Position numbers and translations under genes: made by a program. A DNA stretch of 63,256 nt. Source: Candidatus Aminicenantes bacterium. Its GTDB lineage: Bacteria; Acidobacteriota; Aminicenantia; JAMOAD01. The notes below the pieces were generated by a model, which was given only the letters and a program-made list of their open reading frames with translations, did no database searches and was not told the origin of the DNA. The DNA lies in assembly GCA_027031485.1 (NCBI GenBank), contig JALVQI010000218.1, forward strand, positions 1-63,256. The letters are read 5' to 3'. How positions within the stretch are numbered: position 1 is the stretch's first letter; each line of letters begins with the position of its first letter. Below are positions 27,823 through 34,118 of the stretch, piece after piece.

Positions 27823-27842
27823 TGTCGACATAAATGTCGATC
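27823..27842 (+). promoter_or_regulatory. TGTCGACA palindrome + a second TGTCGA; candidate activator site for the 27965 gene
   Basis: tgtcgacataaatgtcgatc, 92 bp upstream of the -24 element. Confidence 0.45.
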
Positions 27843-27914
27843 TCATTAGTATAAAAAATAGGATTGCTTTTTTATGGATTAAAAAATAATAGGATTTTAA
27901 AGGTTTTTCATAAT

Positions 27915-27929
27915 TGGCATGAAAATTGA
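27915..27929 (+). promoter_or_regulatory. Sigma-54 type -24/-12 promoter candidate for the 27965 gene
   Basis: TGGCATgaaaaTTGA, with the -12 G 37 nt from the GTG start. Confidence 0.6.
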
Positions 27930-27964
27930 AATTTAATTTATTGAAAAATTTAAGGAGGTTTTAA

Positions 27965-29068
27965 GTGAGAAAAAGAGTTTTTTTGTTATTTTTAATTTTG
28001 ATGTTTGTTAGTGTAATTGGCTTTTCACAGAGTATCACAGTAACAAGTCCTCACTCGGGAGGTTGCTGGGAAAAAGGTAAAACTTACACAATCACCTGGA
28101 CAAAGAGCGGTAGTATGAATGCGAATGTAAAAATCAGGTTATATCAGGGAGGTACGAAGATATTGGCTATAACAGATTCAACACCTAACAATGGAAGTTA
28201 CAGCTGGACAGTACCTGCAACCGTTGCGGATGGTTCTTACTATATAAGGGTAAAGACAATAGACAATGCGGTCTATGATGATAGTGACACTTTTCAGATT
28301 AAGGTGTCCTGCTCTTTAGGTGGAGGAACAATTACGATAACTTCTCCCCATTCGGGAGATTGCTGGAAACAAGGTTCGACCCATACAATCACCTGGACAA
28401 AGAGTGGAACTATGAATGCGAATGTAAAAATCAGGTTAATGCAAAGTGGTGCAAAGATATTGGCTATAACAGATTCAACACCTAACAATGGAAGCTACAG
28501 CTGGACAGTACCCGCGACTGTAACAGATGGCTATTACCAGATAAGAGTGAAGACAATAGATAATGCGGTCTATGATGATAGTGACACTTTTCAGATTAAG
28601 GCTTCATGTTCTTCAGGTGGAAGCGGTGGACCTCATATAGATCCATGGATTATTGAAAAAATCAGATTGGCAAAACCTATATGGGGATGGGGTCCGTGGG
28701 GTCCTATAGGCCCGGACGGTCCTGGACCTCTTTGCCCTCAGTGTCTTAGATTGGATATTAGCAGAATAAAAGAAATAGCTACTCCTCCTGTTACCATTTT
28801 AAAGAGAGGAGAAAAAACAGTCCCTGTTCAGATATTTCTATTTCAAGGAGAGGAGCCCTTAACTGAGGTCGGAGAAATCACTCCGGAGGGGAAATTAAAT
28901 CTTAATGGTAGATTTTCAAGACATAATAGAAATATGTTAACTATTAATGTAGGGAAAGAGTTAAACTTAAATAAAGGAGAGCTAAAGCTGGTATTTAAAA
29001 ATGCTGAAACCGGGAAAATTATAAACTCCGTTCCTGTAAGTATTCGTAACAGGAAAATGGTAAGATAG
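27965..29068 (+). CDS. Secreted repeat-family protein (member 16): signal peptide + 2 Cys-containing repeats + W/G/P-rich type D-like tail
   Basis: The GTG start follows an AAGGAGG SD. The signal peptide ends GFS/QS. The tail reads WGWGPWGPIGPDGPGPLCPQC... Confidence 0.8.
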   Translation: MRKRVFLLFLILMFVSVIGFSQSITVTSPHSGGCWEKGKTYTITWTKSGSMNANVKIRLYQGGTKILAITDSTPNNGSYSWTVPATVADGSYYIRVKTIDNAVYDDSDTFQIKVSCSLGGGTITITSPHSGDCWKQGSTHTITWTKSGTMNANVKIRLMQSGAKILAITDSTPNNGSYSWTVPATVTDGYYQIRVKTIDNAVYDDSDTFQIKASCSSGGSGGPHIDPWIIEKIRLAKPIWGWGPWGPIGPDGPGPLCPQCLRLDISRIKEIATPPVTILKRGEKTVPVQIFLFQGEEPLTEVGEITPEGKLNLNGRFSRHNRNMLTINVGKELNLNKGELKLVFKNAETGKIINSVPVSIRNRKMVR

Positions 29069-29088
29069 GTAAAAATATCCGAGCCGAC

Positions 29089-29125
29089 AAGCCCTTCTGC
29101 CGACAGCAGAAGGGCTTACTTATTT
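29089..29125 (+). terminator. Rho-independent terminator closing the paralogue array
   Basis: A 12-bp stem AAGCCCTTCTGC-cgaca-GCAGAAGGGCTT followed by acTTaTTT (a weak U-tract). Confidence 0.7.
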
Positions 29126-29175
29126 AAAAGGAAAAATTTAGTAATAAATATTTGGTTCTTTGAGAAAAATGATTG

Positions 29176-29204
29176 TTGAGTGTTAATGTCATAGTTGGTA
29201 TAAT
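29176..29204 (+). promoter_or_regulatory. Sigma-70 type promoter candidate for the glycan operon (-35 TTGAGT, 17-bp spacer, extended -10 TGgTATAAT)
   Basis: TTGAGT at 29176-29181 and TGgTATAAT at 29196-29204. It sits between the array terminator and the first glycan gene. Confidence 0.55.
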
Positions 29205-29251
29205 TAAAAGAGAATGGAATATTATTTAGTATTGGAGAGAAAATCATTAAT

Positions 29252-29263
29252 GGCGGTAGCCTG
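29252..29263 (+). promoter_or_regulatory. ops-like element GGCGGTAGCCTG in the operon leader (candidate NusG-paralogue/RfaH-type antitermination site)
   Basis: It matches GGCGGTAG-nn-TG exactly on the non-template strand. It is about 40 nt downstream of the predicted start site and 27 nt upstream of the ATG at 29290. It is a GC-rich 12-mer in very AT-rich DNA. Confidence 0.5.
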
Positions 29264-29289
29264 TCAAATTTCATTAATAAGGAGATATA

Positions 29290-30303
29290 ATGAAAATTTT
29301 AGTAACAGGGACAGCGGGCTTTATAGGGTTTCACCTTGTAAAAAGACTTGTTCAGAATAATTTTCATGTTATCGGTCTTGATAATATAAATGATTATTAT
29401 GATGTTAGGTTAAAATACGGAAGGCTTAAAGAAACCGGTATTGAAAAAGAACAAATAAATTACGGAGAATTAACTCAATCATCAAAATATGAAAATTATC
29501 GTTTTATAAAATTAAATCTTGAAGATAAAGAGAAGCTGGATAAACTTTTTGAAGAGGAAAAATTTGATATTGTTTGCAACCTTGCGGCTCAGGCAGGGGT
29601 AAGGTACAGCCTGACACACCCTTATTCCTACATAAATAGTAATATTTTGGGCTTTATAAATATTCTTGAAGCAAGTAAAAACAATGAGATAGAACATCTT
29701 TTTTATGCAAGTTCATCTTCGGTTTACGGAGCTAACAAAGAGATTCCATTTAAAGAGAGTGATAAAGTGGACCAACCTGTTTCCCTTTATGCGGCTACTA
29801 AAAAAGCTGATGAGCTTTTTGCTCATACCTACTCTCACCTTTATAATTTGAAGACAACAGGTTTGAGATTTTTTACGGTTTACGGTCCTTGGGGAAGACC
29901 GGATATGGCTCTTTTTAAATTTGTTAAAGCCATGTTAAATAATCAACCGATTGATGTTTACAATTTCGGAGATATGAAAAGAGATTTTACCTATATAGAT
30001 GATATTATTGAGGGGGTTTATAAAATCATAGTTTTAAATAAGGATAGAAAAGAGGCATATAAAATTTACAATATTGGAAACAGCAAGCCTGTAAATCTTA
30101 TGGACTTTATAAAAGCCATAGAAAAAGCTTTAGGAAAGAAAGCGAAAAAGAATTTCCTTCCGATGCAACCCGGAGATGTACCCTCAACCTATGCCGATGT
30201 TTCAGAACTAATAAAAGATTTTAACTATAAACCTTCCACCTCTGTTGAGGAGGGGGTAAGAAAGTTTGTTGAATGGTATAAGGAGAATTATAAAAAAGAG
30301 TAA
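29290..30303 (+). CDS. NAD-dependent epimerase, UDP-glucuronate 4-epimerase-like (CapI/LpsL type)
   Basis: GTAGFIGFHL Rossmann motif, YAATKKADE (YxxxK), FFTVYGPWGRPDMA, and a YYD..LK..R N-terminal pattern typical of this subfamily. Confidence 0.75.
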   Translation: MKILVTGTAGFIGFHLVKRLVQNNFHVIGLDNINDYYDVRLKYGRLKETGIEKEQINYGELTQSSKYENYRFIKLNLEDKEKLDKLFEEEKFDIVCNLAAQAGVRYSLTHPYSYINSNILGFINILEASKNNEIEHLFYASSSSVYGANKEIPFKESDKVDQPVSLYAATKKADELFAHTYSHLYNLKTTGLRFFTVYGPWGRPDMALFKFVKAMLNNQPIDVYNFGDMKRDFTYIDDIIEGVYKIIVLNKDRKEAYKIYNIGNSKPVNLMDFIKAIEKALGKKAKKNFLPMQPGDVPSTYADVSELIKDFNYKPSTSVEEGVRKFVEWYKENYKKE

Positions 30304-30601
30304 ACTTAATTTTTAAAAGAATTATAAATGAAGAAGTTGAGTTAGCGAATAGTTTTAAATTTTATGAAAAGGAAAATAGTATTATAATGGGGATGCTTGT
30401 TTTAGTCCCATTTATTTTGAGTTTTTATGAGGGAAAAATATTAAAAATATAATTTTTATAATTTTAGATCTTAAAATAATCCCTATTTTAGAAAATTGAG
30501 AAATTAAAAAAGGAGAATTGATAAATATTCGATTTTTATAAAAATAATGAAAGTTATAAAAATAATTAAAGAAAAAAGATCTTTAAAAAATATAATTTCA
30601 T

Positions 30602-32101
30602 ATGAAAGACAACCTATCTAAAAAGGTAATAAAAGGTGTAAAGTGGTCGTATTTAACCTCCTTTGTTAAATTTTTGTTAAACTTAGCTACTGTTTCCGTG
30701 CTTGCGCATCTTTTAAAGCCTGAAGACTTCGGAGTTATAGCGTTGAGTATAAGTCTTATTAATGTATTGTCAGCAATATCAAGTTTAGGAGTTGGCCCCA
30801 CAATAATTTATAATGAAAATATAAACGATAAGTTTATAAAAACATCTTTTGCATTAACTTTGTTTCTTGGTATATTTTTTTTTGTCATTCTCTATTTTAA
30901 TGCATCATTTTTTGCTTCTTTTTTCAAATTATATGATTTTGCAGATGTTATAAAAGTAATGAGTATATCTCTTATATTTATTAATATAAACAAAGTATCT
31001 TATTCGCTATTGAGAAAAAATTTAAAGTTTAAAAGTATAATGATTTCGCGTAATCTCTCCTATTTTGTTTCTTATACAATCATCGGAGTTGTATTTGCTT
31101 TGTTAGGATTCGGACTATGGGCATTGGTTTTTGCTTACATTATGGAAAAAATACTGTTTCTTTTGATTAATTATTATAATTTTAAATATCCGATTATTCC
31201 CATCATTTATAAAAAAGAATTAAAATTATTCTATAAATATGGTGGATGGATATCTGTTGACAGAATGCTCTCTGTTATTGCTAATGAAGGAGATTATTTT
31301 ATTGTCAGTAGAATATTCGGAGATAAAGTTCTTGGATTTTACGAACGTTCATTTAAATTGTCTAATATGATCCCCAACAATTTGCTTAATTCATTAGATA
31401 GAGTATTGTTTCCGACATTATCTATTATAAAAGATAAGTTAGAAAAATTAAAAACAACTTTTATCCACAGCTCAAATTTAATTATTATGATAGGATTACC
31501 AATATCAATTTTTACACTACTTACTTCTCCTGAAATTATTATTTTTCTGTTGGGCAACAAATGGAGTCCTGCTATTCCGATTTTCAGAATATTCTCAATA
31601 TTTATTTCTCTTAAAATGTTGATCCTTTTAATCAATTCATTGATAAAAGCTACAGGGTATGTTATCAAGAAAACAATATATACGGCATATTATGCACTCA
31701 TGGTTTTAACTTTCTCCTTAATCGGAAGCCATTGGGGAATAGAAGGAGCTTCTTTAGGCGTACTTTTAGCCATTTTCATTTATCTGGGATTTTTACTATA
31801 CCAGAGTCTTGAAATACTTGATATGACTTTTTTATCTTATTTAAAAGAAATATTTAATTCTATTTTATTTTCTCTGTTTTATTTGCTCACATTCATTACT
31901 ATGCTTTTTTTTATAAGACAATTGTTCCAAGTGTTATGGATGAGATTTGTTATACTTTTTTTAGTAGCTGTAGTCTTATATCCATTTTGTTTATATGTAT
32001 TTTTAAAAAAAATGGAGTTAAAGAGTTTTAAATGGATTTTGTTGAAATTAGATATAGAATTAATTTCTAAATTTAGCAAAATCTTTTTTAAGGTTGATTA
32101 A
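30602..32101 (+). CDS. Polysaccharide flippase, Wzx-like (MOP superfamily)
   Basis: A 499-aa polytopic membrane protein. The N-terminus KGVKWSYLTSFVKFLLNLATVSVLAHLLKPEDFGVIAL is typical of Polysacc_synt proteins. Confidence 0.75.
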   Translation: MKDNLSKKVIKGVKWSYLTSFVKFLLNLATVSVLAHLLKPEDFGVIALSISLINVLSAISSLGVGPTIIYNENINDKFIKTSFALTLFLGIFFFVILYFNASFFASFFKLYDFADVIKVMSISLIFININKVSYSLLRKNLKFKSIMISRNLSYFVSYTIIGVVFALLGFGLWALVFAYIMEKILFLLINYYNFKYPIIPIIYKKELKLFYKYGGWISVDRMLSVIANEGDYFIVSRIFGDKVLGFYERSFKLSNMIPNNLLNSLDRVLFPTLSIIKDKLEKLKTTFIHSSNLIIMIGLPISIFTLLTSPEIIIFLLGNKWSPAIPIFRIFSIFISLKMLILLINSLIKATGYVIKKTIYTAYYALMVLTFSLIGSHWGIEGASLGVLLAIFIYLGFLLYQSLEILDMTFLSYLKEIFNSILFSLFYLLTFITMLFFIRQLFQVLWMRFVILFLVAVVLYPFCLYVFLKKMELKSFKWILLKLDIELISKFSKIFFKVD

Positions 32102-32934
32102 TGTTACCGAATTATATAATTGCCGGGGCTCAAAAAGCTGGAACGACTACTGTTTTTAAGGTTATAAAGCAGCATCATGATGTTTTCGTTCCTAAAATTA
32201 AGGAAATTCATTTTTTTGATAGGACGGAAAATTTTAGAAGAGGTAAAAAATATTATCTAAAGTATTTTTTGGGTGGCAAAAACCAAAAGATTGTAATGGA
32301 TATAACTCCTAATTATATGTATGTAAAAGAAGTTCCAAAAAGGATTAAAGAAATATTGCCAGAGGTTAAATTAATATTTTTTTTAAGGGATCCTATTAAA
32401 AGAGCATATTCAAACTACTGGCATAATGTAAGATACCAAGCTGAAAAGTTAAGCTTTTCTGAAGCTATCAAAGTAAAAGGGAATCCATACATTATGAAAA
32501 GTATGTACTTTAAACATTTGGAAAGATTTTTGAAGTATTTTGATAAACAAGATATACTTATTTTTATTAGTGAGAGGATGTTTAATGATCCTTTGAGTTT
32601 TTATAAAAAATTTTTTTATTCTATTGGTATAAATTATTTAGATACAATAAATTACAATATAAAAGAAAATAGTGCGAGGGTCCCGAAATTTGTATTTCTT
32701 GAAAAAATTTTTTTCTCTGAAAAAATAGTTATTAGAAATGTTAGAAAGATGGTTCCAAGAAAAATAAAAGATATAATTAGAAAGTTGGATGAAAAGATTA
32801 ATATGAAACAGATAGATCTTCCCTCTTTGGGAAAAGAAATAAAAGAATTTTTAGTTGAGAAATTTAAACAAGATGTTTATAATTTAAAAAAAGAATTTTC
32901 CCTTGATTTAACAGATTGGAGAGATTTTAATTAA
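32101..32934 (+). CDS. Sulfotransferase (PAPS-dependent, Sulfotransfer_1-like)
   Basis: 5'-PSB motif IIAGAQKAGTTT and 3'-PB motif FLRDPIKRAYSNYWH. The start overlaps the wzx stop (TAATG). Confidence 0.75.
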   Translation: MLPNYIIAGAQKAGTTTVFKVIKQHHDVFVPKIKEIHFFDRTENFRRGKKYYLKYFLGGKNQKIVMDITPNYMYVKEVPKRIKEILPEVKLIFFLRDPIKRAYSNYWHNVRYQAEKLSFSEAIKVKGNPYIMKSMYFKHLERFLKYFDKQDILIFISERMFNDPLSFYKKFFYSIGINYLDTINYNIKENSARVPKFVFLEKIFFSEKIVIRNVRKMVPRKIKDIIRKLDEKINMKQIDLPSLGKEIKEFLVEKFKQDVYNLKKEFSLDLTDWRDFN

Positions 32935-33127
32935 TTATAGAAACAAATAAAAATGTTGTTTGAAACCAGAATTAAATAAAAAACCTTTATTCAAATATTA
33001 AAAATGGTTTAATTTTGCTAAGAAATATTTTTTTAAAGAGAGCCAGAGAAATTTATTGCTAAACAAATTCATTTAAATATTTAAATTTTAAGAAATCTGG
33101 CTTGAATTTATTATATGGAGAAAAGAA

Positions 33128-33943
33128 TTGAAACTATTAAAAGTATTTAAATTCATATTAAATGAAAAGTCAAACAAAGGAGAAAAAACAAAAAGATTGA
33201 TCTATGCGATTCTCTGGCAATTGTGGAAACGGATTGTGAGAAAACCAGTTGTTATAAAACTGGATAATGAAGCAAAATATATCTCTTTCCCGGATACTCC
33301 CATGGGCTCTTTTCCTATTTATGCAAAAATATATGATAGTGAAAAGATAATATTTTTAAGAAAATTCTTAAAAGAAAAAGGAATAATAATAGATATTGGT
33401 TCTAATATGGGAATATATGCTCTACTTTTAAAAGAGAAATATGAAAAAGTTATTCTTTTTGAACCTATAGATGAAACAGCGGATATCTGTGAAGCTAATA
33501 TGAAATTGAACGGAATAAATTATGAGATGTATAGAATTGCTCTTGGGAATAAAGTTGAAGAAGTTAATTTTGAATTTAAAGGGAACTTTGACACAACAGC
33601 GAAAGTGAAAAATGAAGGAGGAAATTATAAAGTTAAAATGGATAAATTGGATAATCTTATAAAAAAAGAAGATTATGGTAATTTGAAATTTATAAAAATT
33701 GATGTTGAAGGCTATGAGCTTGAGGTATTAAAAGGTGCGGGAAAAGTCATAAAAGAATCAGCTGTTAAACTTATCCAATTTGAAAGATTAAGAACCACTC
33801 CTATCGAACCTCTTTTAAAATTTTTCCAAGAAATTAATTGGTCAATATTTGCTCTTAATAATGGTAAAATTTCTTATAACAAGGAAGACATATATGAGGC
33901 TCATGATCTTTTTGCTGTTAAAAAAGATATTTTTAAAAAATAG
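33128..33943 (+). CDS. FkbM-family SAM-dependent methyltransferase
   Basis: IIDIGSNMGIYAL...LFEP...IKIDVEGYELEVLKGA. The TTG start follows a GGAG. Confidence 0.7.
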   Translation: MKLLKVFKFILNEKSNKGEKTKRLIYAILWQLWKRIVRKPVVIKLDNEAKYISFPDTPMGSFPIYAKIYDSEKIIFLRKFLKEKGIIIDIGSNMGIYALLLKEKYEKVILFEPIDETADICEANMKLNGINYEMYRIALGNKVEEVNFEFKGNFDTTAKVKNEGGNYKVKMDKLDNLIKKEDYGNLKFIKIDVEGYELEVLKGAGKVIKESAVKLIQFERLRTTPIEPLLKFFQEINWSIFALNNGKISYNKEDIYEAHDLFAVKKDIFKK

Positions 33944-34118
33944 ATAAATTAATATTTGTGAAACAGGAGAAAAGTTATTAATTAAAATGAGTTATAAAAG
34001 GTACAATAACCGGTGGGAGATGAAGAAAATATTGAAAAATCATAGCGTGAAAAAATGTAAACGATCTTGGTTGTTTTAAAATGAGTGTTGAAAAAATTTT
34101 AAAAAGCAGTATTTTATA

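Noticed and set aside
872-27929. Reading TTGA(A/T) of the conserved box as a sigma-70 -35 element, or the box as a Bacteroidetes-type TAnnTTTG -7 element.
   Set aside because: With TTGA as a -35 element, the transcript would start at or after the conserved SD, since the start codon is only about 37 nt away. The invariant TGG exactly 9 nt upstream is not part of either alternative consensus. I kept a caveat for 922, 12700 and 14323, where TATAAT boxes follow the motif.
73-29068. Numerous minus-strand ORFs inside the array genes (for example 73-354, 364-579, 1135-1611, 6138-6408, 7989-8381, 10322-10564, 25542-25853).
   Set aside because: They lie entirely antisense to strongly supported + strand genes. 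They recur only because the coding repeat recurs. They have no SD or signal features and a low-complexity composition. I treat them as shadow ORFs.
1-29068. Whether the periodic repeats could be a CRISPR array or other non-coding repeat array.
   Set aside because: The periods are 288-300 bp, all multiples of three. The repeats lie inside long ORFs and encode a conserved protein domain. There is no 25-40-bp repeat-spacer structure and there are no cas genes.
1-29068. A diversity-generating retroelement, or silent-cassette antigenic variation of the vls/pilS type.
   Set aside because: The window has no reverse transcriptase. Differences between near-identical copies are not adenine-specific. 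Every copy has its own promoter, SD and signal peptide, so none looks like a silent donor.
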